Positions 24,601 through 36,883 are shown, counted from the first letter of the stretch. The stretch: DNA of 64,000 nt from Monocercomonoides exilis PA203 (GCA_001643675.2 LSRY02000029.1:372001-436000); one strand, 5' to 3'. Notes: a model not told the origin generated them from the letters alone. A program made the numbers and translations.

Positions 24601-25161
24601 TTCAGCAAGACCATATCTAGCAGCTATGTGAATTGGCTGTATCATAGATGAATTTCAAACTTTCAAAAATGTCATAAAAAAAGTAACAAACAGATTCTCC
24701 TTCATCATCTGGTTCATCTAAAGAACATCCATAACGAGAGCAAATCTCCAATCCCTGTAAATAAAAGTTAAAATTAACATCATAAAACATAATAATATCA
24801 TGCAACCTTAAGTACATCAGAATTAGCTGAACCAGAAGCTAAAAAATAATCTGCATTCAAAGTTAATCTCAAAATGCAATGGGCAATTGTTTCTCCGTCA
24901 GACACTGATAAAATAACATATGATAAAAACGAATGAATGATTGCACAAAAGCATTTACCGCAAACTTGTCTTCACGGTCATGTCTGCACCAAGTTCTCCA
25001 AGAGTCTCAAGCAAATCAAAGCGCATTGCTTCGACACATTCATGAACAAGACACCATCCAAGGTCATCTTGTTGATTAATTTCTTCAATATTTTTTTCTA
25101 TTATTTCTCGAAATGCTTCTAAACTTCCATCAACAATAATTTTTCTCACAGCAGCGCGCAT
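18607..25161 (-). CDS. Large ankyrin-repeat protein with C-terminal FYVE-like zinc finger (multi-exon, many poly-Ser/Glu insertions)
   Basis: Ankyrin motifs (QPIHIAARYG, GWTCLHHA, GCSPLHLSV, GETPLFLAL, GATPLLLAC, GNTVLHEAC, GWTPLHCAC) occur across same-strand ORFs. The last exon has CSFCKERFGLFNKRRICRVCQRAICSKNPNC...LCTLC. Confidence 0.8.
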
Positions 25162-25247
25162 TTCTGAATTATTGAATCAACAAGGTTATTGATAAAATTG
25201 TAGCTATTATAAATCAAATTCAATTTGCGAACAATTCCCAAAAGAAT

Positions 25248-25268
25248 GAGAGAGAACGTTTCTCTCTC
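25248..25268. promoter_or_regulatory. Palindrome GAGAGAGAA-CGT-TTCTCTCTC in a divergent promoter gap
   Basis: A 9-bp inverted repeat between ATGs at 25161(-) and 25381(+). Its function is only inferred. Confidence 0.3.
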
Positions 25269-25380
25269 CAAAAGAATTTATTATACTTTTAACTACTATA
25301 ATGGTGAAAGATCATTATTTGAGTTTTGTTATTCTTTATTTGAAGAGAAATTTTGAAAATCTTTTTACTAGAAAATTAGA

Positions 25381-25608
25381 ATGCTCGCAATCTTATATAT
25401 TTTTGCATCATTAGCGTTGTGCGAAGAAGTTCCAGAAGAGGAAGAAATTCCAGTTGGAGAAGACCTCTCCGTAATTGTGCAAAAAGCAAGAATCCAACAT
25501 CGTCAAAGCAATGCAGAAGGACCAATGAAGATTCAACTTGAGAGAAAGTTTTATACCGCTCCAGAAATCGTTTTTGAGAATGAAGCGGCAATTATCCAAG
25601 GAGCATAA
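25381..25608 (+). CDS. Small hypothetical secreted protein (75 aa)
   Basis: Signal-peptide-like MLAILYIFASLALC followed by an acidic stretch. Coding-like composition within AT-rich flanks. Confidence 0.5.
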   Translation: MLAILYIFASLALCEEVPEEEEIPVGEDLSVIVQKARIQHRQSNAEGPMKIQLERKFYTAPEIVFENEAAIIQGA

Positions 25609-25927
25609 AATAATTTTGGATAATGTTAATATGGCTTTTATGCCTTTAGAGCAAAGTTATATTCTTTTTATTAAACTTGTATTTGCTATTGATACATGAA
25701 TTTGCTTTTTTTATTTTCATTTATTATTTTCTTAATTGTTATATTTTTTTCATTTGAATCTAATCTCTTTTCAAGCCTTTTTTAGAGCATAGCAAATTTA
25801 TTTTTAAATTTTTATTGGAAGATATTCATTTTTGAGAAAATAATGAAAAAGTTTAAATGGATACATACTTATTTTTTATCAAAGAAAGATGTAAAATAGA
25901 TAAAAAAATAATAACTTAAATAACAAT

Positions 25928-27176
25928 CTATTTCTTTTCTTCAGCAGCCTTTGCCTTCATTTTTTGCCTGTAAAGATACAGTGATTCAATACCTTTTGCT
26001 AAAACTTTTATATCACTTTGTAAAACTGGTTGTGTTCGTGTCTCAGGTGTTGTGATGATTGGAACAAGTTTTTGTTCAAAATAATCAGCGTTGTATACAA
26101 CTGAGGGAGAAGAAGGTGTGGCAGAAGAAGTTGCATCATCTCCATCAGGAGGAAGAAGTGCGACAAGTTCATCCTTTACAAAAAATTGATTTATTAAATA
26201 TGAAAAGTGAAAAATAATCACACCAGTTTCTTATGAACTTCACCTGGCATCCAGTCTTCATAATCAACAACCCCAAAATGAGTCAAATATATCAGCTGAG
26301 GATGCAGAACTCCAACACGATCGGCTGCTTTATGCCATGAATCTGGATCAAATTGCGGAGGAGACGTATATAAGAGAATATGCTTAAAGGAGCACAAGAA
26401 CAGTTTAATGTGAAAAAAAAATTGTTCAGCGAAAGGAATGGAAATGGCAAACTTTTGATTTTCTTCCTCCATCTCGAAAGAATGGATATTCTGCAAAAAA
26501 GTTATCACCACAGAACAATCCTCGGCACAACTTTTCTGATTTGCTATCTTCTTCATTTGAAGGCGTCCACAACGTGATAAAAACATGATGAGGAGCGTGC
26601 CCCATAGTTTGCTCGACTCGAAGTTCGCAACCCTCGCCTAACGTGAAAGTTTCTGGTGTTGCAGTGATGCTATGAATCTTTTCATTGGGAACGGGCTCAA
26701 CAATTCCATAATTCTTATTAAAAAATTCTTCTCCATAAACAGCTTTTGCACCTGCAACAAGTGCAGTTGGATCTGCCATGTGGCGAGCCCCTCTTTGGTG
26801 ACAAACAAAAGTTGCATTTGGAAGAAGTTTCATCAGACTTCCAGAACATCCTGCATGATCAAGATGAATGTGCGTAACCATCAGATACTGCACGTCTTCT
26901 GGCTTTAGTTCTGCAGTCTTCAAACCATCCATAATGTATTTCAGACCGCAACTTACGCTATCTTCAATGATTGCAGCCTTTCCAGTTTGCTTTGATATCT
27001 GTATGTTTTTATTTTGGTAATTAATTTCAAAATGAATTACACAAACTAAAAAAAGAACAAGGATTAAATGAATTTTGAATGCACACCAAAATATAAGAGC
27101 CAACTGCTTCGGGTCCAAACAATTGAGTATCTATCAAATATAAACGATGATAAGCGCTTTCGTCAACCAAAGACAT
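25928..27176 (-). CDS. Metallo-beta-lactamase-fold hydrolase (3 introns)
   Basis: THIHLDHAG (HxHxDH), TMGHAPHH, LFCGD and LTHFG metal-ligand motifs. First exon MSLVDESAYHRLYLIDTQLFG. Confidence 0.88.
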
Positions 27177-27260
27177 GCTGTCGTTCGTAAATTTTCAGAA
27201 TGAAAAGATCAAAACAAATTTCATATTGGCATTGATCAAAATACATTGTTGATTTTTGCA

Positions 27261-28670
27261 ATGGAACTATCTTATGGAGAAGTGGGAAAGGGTTTGTTGT
27301 AGAATTCATATCTTGCATGCAATGAATTTTTGATGAATTTTGAAAATTGTATTTGCCAGAATTCAAACAAATATTATCACTGATTTTAACATATAACAAT
27401 GATTATGCCATGAAAACTGCAAAAGACATGGCACCAATATTTGATGTTTGATTAGAATTGAATACCAGATATAATATTAACTGTTACGGTTCTTTCTTTC
27501 TTTTTTTTTTTTAAAAAAAAATGGCGAGTAGCGTCATGTTGGGAAAACTGTACCAAAGGTTAAAACAATTTCAAATCAAATTAGAAAAATTGATGAAAAT
27601 GAAGATTACACATCACCAATCGTCATGTCAGCAATTCCTGTTGTTCAACAAAATGGTTTCTCTTTTTTTTCTGTGTTTGTTGTTTCATTGTATTAATAGT
27701 CAATGCAATCGGAAAGGAAATTGATGCATTTTTAAAGTCAAGAACAAGTACTTTGGTTTGACTGAAATGTTAGATTATTTCGAGTTTTTTTATTTATGTA
27801 ATATATTTTGAACTTTTAGAACAACCAGCTTCAACAGCTTGAAAAAGAGAAAAGGGAGGTATAATTATTCAATTTGCTTCTTTCCTCTTTCCTCTATTAT
27901 ATTTTTTTAATATTTGTTTTATTGCAAACATGCTCTTAATACAGTTTGATCAATCAATTGATCTTCAAGAAAGTCTAGAGACTGAAATTCACAAAGCAGA
28001 ATCACAAAAGTTATTGCTACAGCTCCGCCAAATGCATGCGTTACATCAACAATCTTCACTCGCACCAATGAATGTGATGCAACCATTGGCATCGCCTATT
28101 TCTCCGCTATCTCAAGCATCAAATTCAGCGAAAGGATCATCCATATCATCAAAAATAGGAGATAAGCATTCTCCTAAGAAAACAACTGAAAAACCAAAAA
28201 GTCAAATTCAAATGGGGAAAAAAGAAAAAGCTTCTCAATTAGTACACGGAAAAGCGAAAAAAGAAAATAGCACAGCTGCTGTGGAAGAATTTCATGGCCA
28301 ATTTGGAGAGGAGGAGAAAGAAGAAGAGGAGGAAGATGATATGGATGCTGCGATGTCTCCAGTGTTTGAATTTTCTCATCCAGAAGAAGAAGAGCTTGAA
28401 GTAGAGGAAGTAGAGGAAGACGCACATCAAGAAGATGAAGATGGTCAAGTAGAAGAGGCAGAAAATGAAGAAGTGAAAGAGAAAGAAGTGGAAGAAGAGA
28501 AAAAGACAATACAAGAAATAACACCTTCCACAGCAAGTGATGATACAACTTCTGGTGTTTCTTCTGGAAAAGGCGCAGATGAGACTCAAGCAGTTGCTGA
28601 AGTTGTTGAAACAAAACATTCCAAACTAGAAATTATTGAGGGAGAAGAAAAAGAAGAACCGGAAGAGTGA
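27261..28670 (+). CDS. Hypothetical coiled-coil protein with acidic C-terminus (multi-exon)
   Basis: An in-phase GT-AG exon chain leads into the 27930-28670 ORF. The start codon is inferred. No family recognised. Confidence 0.55.
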
Positions 28671-28899
28671 ATTTTTTTTTTTGAATTTTTATTTTCTTGT
28701 TTTATAAATCGATTATTTCGAAAAATCGGGGAAAAAAATAAAGTTGAGCCTACATTTCAATCATGCATTTTGAAAAGTTATTTTTAATATCAAATAGACT
28801 TCGCATGAATATCTGACTGTTTTTTAAAGAAATCAAACACAAATTTTAATGCGGAAGAATGAGAGGAAATTATTTTGAAATTGAAGAATAAATAAATTG

Positions 28900-30110
28900 A
28901 ACAACGCTTTTGACTCTTCTTCTCTTATCGTTTCAACCATTTTATCATTCAATAACTTGAAGGGTTATTTATAAACTCTGTTTTTTCTCTTCATAACCAC
29001 TACGTAATTTTTTTTCTCTCTCTCCAAACTCGTCTTGCAATTTGAATGCAAAAAAGATTTCAGGTTGAAAAAAGTCAAGATTTATAAATCACAATATCTT
29101 TTCTCCTCCCTCAATATTCGAAATGGAATCAAGTAATTAGAAAAAATGCAAGATTATCATTTGATTTCCGCTTCTTTTCAGTCAATCTCTTCCTCATTTA
29201 AAAGATTTCATAAATCACAAATTTGATGATTCCATCTTCTTCAGCTGCACCTTAAATTGCACCCATCAAAAATGGTTCTTTCCCTCAATTTTCTGCTGCT
29301 TTTTCTTCAAAAAATAACTGCATTTGAATATCTTGGCTGACAGCTTATGAACCGATCCTCCAAAAATTATTCTTCCAAATCCGCTTGAAAATTTGTTCCA
29401 ACATAAAGGCAATTCATCCATTCTATCAATATTCCTTCAATTTTTGCTCGCTGAGAACGAACGAGAAGACGAAGGAAATGAATTAATAATGTGGAAGAAA
29501 TTCGATGAAATAACAGTTGAAAATCCTTACTTTCCCTTTTCCACTTTATACTTCTATATCTCCGTATTCAACGAAGTACTAAGTTCTTTTGAAGCATTTG
29601 GAAGTCATGTGGATTCTTTATCTTAATGAAGATGTAGAAGAGGAACTTCTGACTGAATTTCTTATTCTTTCCATAAAGTGGAAAATTACTGCGATGGAAG
29701 AATTTGAAAGATGAAGAAAAAGAAGAAGACGAAAAACACGAAAAAGAAGAAGTCATTTAATAAAGAGGAAGAGGAGGAGAAGGAGAAGAAGAAAGAGGAG
29801 AAGAGGAGGAGGAGGAGAAAATAAAAGAGAAGGAGAAAAAGATGAAAACATGGAAATTTCATCATCATCAGCATCATCATCAACTTCATCATTTTCTTCT
29901 TCTTCCTCTTCTTCTTCTTCTCTTTCTCTTCCCCTCTCTCTCCACTCCCTCATCCCATTTCGCAGTTTTCTCTCTGTCTCTTTGTTTCTCATTTATCATT
30001 CACAGATGACTGTTGTTGATAGAGCAAAAGAGCTGATCATTGCTGTGATACAGGCACAGTACAGGAGAGAGAGGAGAAAAGAGAGAAAGGAGGAGGCAGC
30101 TGAGATGTGA
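28900..30110 (+). pseudogene. Probable decayed coding sequence ending in an orphan terminal exon (30006-30110)
   Basis: Coding-like but stop-interrupted sequence at 29340-29760. A polypyrimidine tract and CAG acceptor are followed by MTVVDRAKELIIAVIQAQYRRERRKERKEEAAEM*. Confidence 0.3.
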
Positions 30111-30179
30111 GGTCAAGTGGAAGGTGGGGTGTTGGGAGAGAAGGATAAGGATAAATGAATGGAGAGTGTTTTGGTGAAT

Positions 30180-30676
30180 TGGAAGAGGAAAAGAAGAAAA
30201 GAAAGAAGAAGAAATTGAAGTGATGGAAGAAGGAGAAAAAACGGAAGAAGAAGCAGAAGAAAGAGGAAGGATGAGGAGGAGGAGGAGGAGAAGAAGAAGA
30301 AGAAAAAAAAGAAAGAGAAAAAAGAAAAAGGAGGAGGAAGAGGAGAAGAAGAAGAAGAAGAAGAAGAAGAAGAAGAAGGAGAAAAAAGGAGAAGAAGAAA
30401 AAGAAAAAGAAGAAGAAGAAGAATAAGAATAAGAAGAAGAAGAAGGAGAAAAAAGGAGAAGAAGAAGGAGGAGAAGTAGAAAAAGGATTAGAAGAAAAAA
30501 TAAAAAAAGAATAAGTAATTGAAAGAAGAAGATAAAGAAAATAACAAAAAAAAGCAAATAAAAAAATAAAAAGAGAAAAAAAAAAATAGAAATAAAAATA
30601 AGAAAAATAGAAAAAAAATAGGAGAAATAAATGAAAAAGATGGAAATAATGGAAAAGAAGAAAAAGAAAAAAGAAA
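30180..30676. repeat. Purine-rich low-complexity (GAA)n/(GGA)n tract at the left edge of the 5S array
   Basis: Directly visible trinucleotide and A-rich runs. Confidence 0.85.
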
Positions 30677-30793
30677 AACTACAGCACTGGGTTTTTCCAG
30701 GCGGTCACCCATCCAAGTACTAACCCAGCGTTGGCCGCTTAACTTCGGAGGTCTGAAGGGATCCGGTGCGTATGACCAACTATGGCCGTAGCT
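30677..30793 (-). rRNA. 5S: 5S rRNA copy 1 (3'-end variant GUAGUUUU)
   Basis: Reverse complement AGCTACGGCCATA...CCGAAGTTAAGC...GGTTAGTACTTGGATGGGTGACCGCCTGG...GTGCTGTAG. It has box A and box C, a helix I closure and a following oligo-T terminator. Confidence 0.97.
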
Positions 30794-30816
30794 CGCACAT
30801 CCTTCCTCAAACTTCC

Positions 30817-30824
30817 CTTTTATA
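30817..30824 (-). promoter_or_regulatory. TATA box (TATAAAAG) at -31..-24 of the 5S gene; present before all 20 copies
   Basis: Plus-strand CTTTTATA lies at a fixed distance from each 5S 5' end. Confidence 0.75.
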
Positions 30825-30992
30825 ATCTTCCCCATCTATCCTTCTTTTTCTTTTCTTTTCTTTTTTTCTTCCAATTCTTTTCCCATCATCAAAATAACTT
30901 TCCCAATCGTATTCTTCTTCTTCTTTTCTTCTTTCCCTTATTCCTCTATTCTCTCACCCTCTCTCACTTTCAAAATACATTCACTTGTTTTA

Positions 30993-31081
30993 TCATTCAT
31001 TCATTCACTCACTCACTCACTCACTCACTCACTCACTCACTCACTCACTCACTCACTCACTCACTCACTCACTCACTCACT
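30993..31081. repeat. (TCAT)3-4(CACT)n tetranucleotide microsatellite (unit 1 shown; variable in every spacer)
   Basis: Directly visible. Confidence 0.95.
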
Positions 31082-31210
31082 CTTTTGCTCTATTATTTAT
31101 TTTCTTGTTCAACCAATAATTCACCTTTTCTTTCAACCATTTAATTACACAATCATTCAATCCTTAATGAACAGTTTTCTCTTTTTCCTTCTCTAACTCT
31201 TTTTCTTTTT

Positions 31211-31391
<181 letters not shown>

Positions 31392-31920
31392 GAAATCGCT
31401 TCGCATCATTGTAATTTCCATTCTATTCCATTTGATTGTGTGTTGGATGATTTCTTATTTTCTTTTTTTATTCATTCATTCAATTAATCATTTCTTCATC
31501 ACTTTATTCATCTATCCATTTGCACTCTCTTTTCTCTTTTCCCCTCATTTTCTTTTTCTCTCTTTTTGTATTCTTAACATGTTGTTTTGATTCATCTTGT
31601 ATATTTCTCATTAAGAAATTGATTTGAGATGGGTAATAGAAGGGAAGGTGGGGAATGATAATTAAAGAAAATATTATCTTATAATGAATGCACGATAGAA
31701 ATCGAAGAGAAAGCGGAAAAGTGAAAAGGAGAATTAAAAAGAGGAGATGAATGAATAAGTGAAGAGAAGAGAAGAGAAGGTGTGAAAAGAAAATAGAAGA
31801 GGTTAAATGAATGAAAAGAAGATAAAGAAGTAGATAAAAGAATAAAGAGAGAAAAAGAAATAAAAATAAAGATAAGAAAAAGAAAAAAGAGAGAAAATAA
31901 TGAAAAAGATGAAAAAGAAA

Positions 31921-32037
31921 AGCTACAGCACTGGGTTTTTCCAGGCGGTCACCCATCCAAGTACTAACCCAGCGTTGGCCGCTTAACTTCGGAGGTCTGA
32001 AGGGATCCGGTGCGTATGACCAACTATGGCCGTAGCT
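31921..32037 (-). rRNA. 5S: 5S rRNA copy 2
   Basis: Consensus array 5S sequence ending GCTGTAGCT followed by a T-run. Confidence 0.97.
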
Positions 32038-32505
32038 CGCACATCCTTCCTCAAACTTCCCTTTTATAATCTTCCCCATCTATCCTTCTTTTTCTTTTCT
32101 TTTCTTTTTTTCTTCCAATTCTTTTCCCATCATCAAAATAACTTTCCCAATCGTATTCTTCTTCTTCTTTTCTTCTTTCCCTTATTCCTCTATTCTCTCA
32201 CCCTCTCTCACTTTCAAAATACATTCACTTGTTTTATCATTCATTCATTCACTCACTCACTCACTCACTCACTCACTCACTCACTCACTCACTCACTCAC
32301 TCACTCACTCACTCACTCACTCACTCACTCACTCACTCACTCACTCACTCACTCTTTTGCTCTATTATTTATTTTCTTGTTCAACCAATAATTCACCTTT
32401 TCTTTCAACCATTTAATTACACAATCATTCAATCCTTAATGAACAGTTTTCTCTTTTTCCTTCTCTAACTCTTTTTCTTTTTCACTTCCACTTCCACTTC
32501 CACTT

Positions 32506-32536
<31 letters not shown>

Positions 32537-32559
32537 CACTTCCACTTCCACTTCCACTT

Positions 32560-32663
<104 letters not shown>

Positions 32664-33192
32664 GAAATCGCTTCGCATCATTGTAATTTCCATTCTATTC
32701 CATTTGATTGTGTGTTGGATGATTTCTTATTTTCTTTTTTTATTCATTCATTCAATTAATCATTTCTTCATCACTTTATTCATCTATCCATTTGCACTCT
32801 CTTTTCTCTTTTCCCCTCATTTTCTTTTTCTCTCTTTTTGTATTCTTAACATGTTGTTTTGATTCATCTTGTATATTTCTCATTAAGAAATTGATTTGAG
32901 ATGGGTAATAGAAGGGAAGGTGGGGAATGATAATTAAAGAAAATATTATCTTATAATGAATGCACGATAGAAATCGAAGAGAAAGCGGAAAAGTGAAAAG
33001 GAGAATTAAAAAGAGGAGATGAATGAATAAGTGAAGAGAAGAGAAGAGAAGGTGTGAAAAGAAAATAGAAGAGGTTAAATGAATGAAAAGAAGATAAAGA
33101 AGTAGATAAAAGAATAAAGAGAGAAAAAGAAATAAAAATAAAGATAAGAAAAAAGAAAAAGAGAGAAAATAATGAAAAAGATGAAAAAGAAA

Positions 33193-33309
33193 AGCTACAG
33201 CACTGGGTTTTTCCAGGCGGTCACCCATCCAAGTACTAACCCAGCGTTGGCCGCTTAACTTCGGAGGTCTGAAGGGATCCGGTGCGTATGACCAACTATG
33301 GCCGTAGCT
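33193..33309 (-). rRNA. 5S: 5S rRNA copy 3
   Basis: Same sequence as copy 2. Confidence 0.97.
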
Positions 33310-33749
33310 CGCACATCCTTCCTCAAACTTCCCTTTTATAATCTTCCCCATCTATCCTTCTTTTTCTTTTCTTTTCTTTTTTTCTTCCAATTCTTTTCCC
33401 ATCATCAAAATAACTTTCCCAATCGTATTCTTCTTCTTCTTTTCTTCTTTCCCTTATTCCTCTATTCTCTCACCCTCTCTCACTTTCAAAATACATTCAC
33501 TTGTTTTATCATTCATTCATTCATTCACTCACTCACTCACTCACTCACTCACTCACTCACTCACTCACTCACTCACTCACTCACTCACTCACTCACTCTT
33601 TTGCTCTATTATTTATTTTCTTGTTCAACCAATAATTCACCTTTTCTTTCAACCATTTAATTACACAATCATTCAATCCTTAATGAACAGTTTTCTCTTT
33701 TTCCTTCTCTAACTCTTTTTCTTTTTCACTTCCACTTCCACTTCCACTT

Positions 33750-33780
<31 letters not shown>

Positions 33781-33803
33781 CACTTCCACTTCCACTTCCA
33801 CTT

Positions 33804-33895
<92 letters not shown>

Positions 33896-34426
33896 GAAAT
33901 CGCTTCGCATCATTGTAATTTCCATTCTATTCCATTTGATTGTGTGTTGGATGATTTCTTATTTTCTTTTTTATTCATTCATTCAATTAATCATTTCTTC
34001 ATCACTTTATTCATCTATCCATTTGCACTCTCTTTTCTCTTTTCCCTCATTTTCTTTTTTCTCTCTTTTTGTATTCTTAACATGTTGTTTTGATTCATCT
34101 TGTATATTTCTCATTAAGAAATTGATTTGAGATGGGTAATAGAAGGGAAGGTGGGGAATGATAATTAAAGAAAATATTATCTTATAATGAATGCACGATA
34201 GAAATCGAAGAGAAAGCGGAAAAGTGAAAAGGAGAATTAAAAAGAGGAGATGAATGAATAAGTGAAGAGAAGAGAAGAGAAGGTGTGAAAAGAAAATAGA
34301 AGAGGTTAAATGAATGAAAAGAAGATAAAGAAGTAGATAAAAGAATAAAGAGAGAAAAAGAAATAAAAATAAAGATAAGAAAAAAGAAAAAAGAGAGAAA
34401 ATAATGAAAAAGATGAAAAAAGAAAA

Positions 34427-34543
34427 AGCTACAGCACTGGGTTTTTCCAGGCGGTCACCCATCCAAGTACTAACCCAGCGTTGGCCGCTTAACTTCGGAG
34501 GTCTGAAGGGATCCGGTGCGTATGACCAACTATGGCCGTAGCT
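34427..34543 (-). rRNA. 5S: 5S rRNA copy 4
   Basis: Same sequence as copy 2. Confidence 0.97.
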
Positions 34544-34987
34544 CGCACATCCTTCCTCAAACTTCCCTTTTATAATCTTCCCCATCTATCCTTCTTTTTC
34601 TTTTCTTTTCTTTTTTTCTTCCAATTCTTTTCCCATCATCAAAATAACTTTCCCAATCGTATTCTTCTTCTTCTTTTCTTCTTTCCCTTATTCCTCTATT
34701 CTCTCACCCTCTCTCACTTTCAAAATACATTCACTTGTTTTATCATTCATTCATTCATTCACTCACTCACTCACTCACTCACTCACTCACTCACTCACTC
34801 ACTCACTCACTCACTCACTCACTCACTCACTCACTCTTTTGCTCTATTATTTATTTTCTTGTTCAACCAATAATTCACCTTTTCTTTCAACCATTTAATT
34901 ACACAATCATTCAATCCTTAATGAACAGTTTTCTCTTTTTCCTTCTCTAACTCTTTTTCTTTTTCACTTCCACTTCCACTTCCACTT

Positions 34988-35061
<74 letters not shown>

Positions 35062-35592
35062 GAAATCGCTTCGCATCATTGTAATTTCCATTCTATTCCA
35101 TTTGATTGTGTGTTGGATGATTTCTTATTTTCTTTTTTTATTCATTCATTCAATTAATCATTTCTTCATCACTTTATTCATCTATCCATTTGCACTCTCT
35201 TTTCTCTTTTCCCCTCATTTTCTTTTTCTCTCTTTTTGTATTCTTAACATGTTGTTTTGATTCATCTTGTATATTTCTCATTAAGAAATTGATTTGAGAT
35301 GGGTAATAGAAGGGAAGGTGGGGAATGATAATTAAAGAAAATATTATCTTATAATGAATGCACGATAGAAATCGAAGAGAAAGCGGAAAAGTGAAAAGGA
35401 GAATTAAAAAGAGGAGATGAATGAATAAGTGAAGAGAAGAGAAGAGAAGGTGTGAAAAGAAAATAGAAGAGGTTAAATGAATGAAAAGAAGATAAAGAAG
35501 TAGATAAAAGAATAAAGAGAGAAAAAGAAATAAAAATAAAGATAAGAAAAAAGAAAAAAGAGAGAAAATAATGAAAAAGATGAAAAAAGAAA

Positions 35593-35709
35593 AGCTACAG
35601 CACTGGGTTTTTCCAGGCGGTCACCCATCCAAGTACTAACCCAGCGTTGGCCGCTTAACTTCGGAGGTCTGAAGGGATCCGGTGCGTATGACCAACTATG
35701 GCCGTAGCT
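35593..35709 (-). rRNA. 5S: 5S rRNA copy 5
   Basis: Same sequence as copy 2. Confidence 0.97.
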
Positions 35710-36161
35710 CGCACATCCTTCCTCAAACTTCCCTTTTATAATCTTCCCCATCTATCCTTCTTTTTCTTTTCTTTTCTTTTTTTCTTCCAATTCTTTTCCC
35801 ATCATCAAAATAACTTTCCCAATCGTATTCTTCTTCTTCTTTTCTTCTTTCCCTTATTCCTCTATTCTCTCACCCTCTCTCACTTTCAAAATACATTCAC
35901 TTGTTTTATCATTCATTCATTCACTCACTCACTCACTCACTCACTCACTCACTCACTCACTCACTCACTCACTCACTCACTCACTCACTCACTCACTCAC
36001 TCACTCACTCTTTTGCTCTATTATTTATTTTCTTGTTCAACCAATAATTCACCTTTTCTTTCAACCATTTAATTACACAATCATTCAATCCTTAATGAAC
36101 AGTTTTCTCTTTTTCCTTCTCTAACTCTTTTTCTTTTTCACTTCCACTTCCACTTCCACTT

Positions 36162-36235
<74 letters not shown>

Positions 36236-36766
36236 GAAATCGCTTCGCATCATTGTAATTTCCATTCTATTCCATTTGATTGTGTGTTGGATGATTTCTT
36301 ATTTTCTTTTTTTATTCATTCATTCAATTAATCATTTCTTCATCACTTTATTCATCTATCCATTTGCACTCTCTTTTCTCTTTTCCCCTCATTTTCTTTT
36401 TCTCTCTTTTTGTATTCTTAACATGTTGTTTTGATTCATCTTGTATATTTCTCATTAAGAAATTGATTTGAGATGGGTAATAGAAGGGAAGGTGGGGAAT
36501 GATAATTAAAGAAAATATTATCTTATAATGAATGCACGATAGAAATCGAAGAGAAAGCGGAAAAGTGAAAAGGAGAATTAAAAAGAGGAGATGAATGAAT
36601 AAGTGAAGAGAAGAGAAGAGAAGGTGTGAAAAGAAAATAGAAGAGGTTAAATGAATGAAAAGAAGATAAAGAAGTAGATAAAAGAATAAAGAGAGAAAAA
36701 GAAATAAAAATAAAGATAAGAAAAAAGAAAAAAGAGAGAAAATAATGAAAAAGATGAAAAAAGAAA

Positions 36767-36883
36767 AGCTACAGCACTGGGTTTTTCCAGGCGGTCACCC
36801 ATCCAAGTACTAACCCAGCGTTGGCCGCTTAACTTCGGAGGTCTGAAGGGATCCGGTGCGTATGACCAACTATGGCCGTAGCT
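36767..36883 (-). rRNA. 5S: 5S rRNA copy 6
   Basis: Same sequence as copy 2. Confidence 0.97.
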
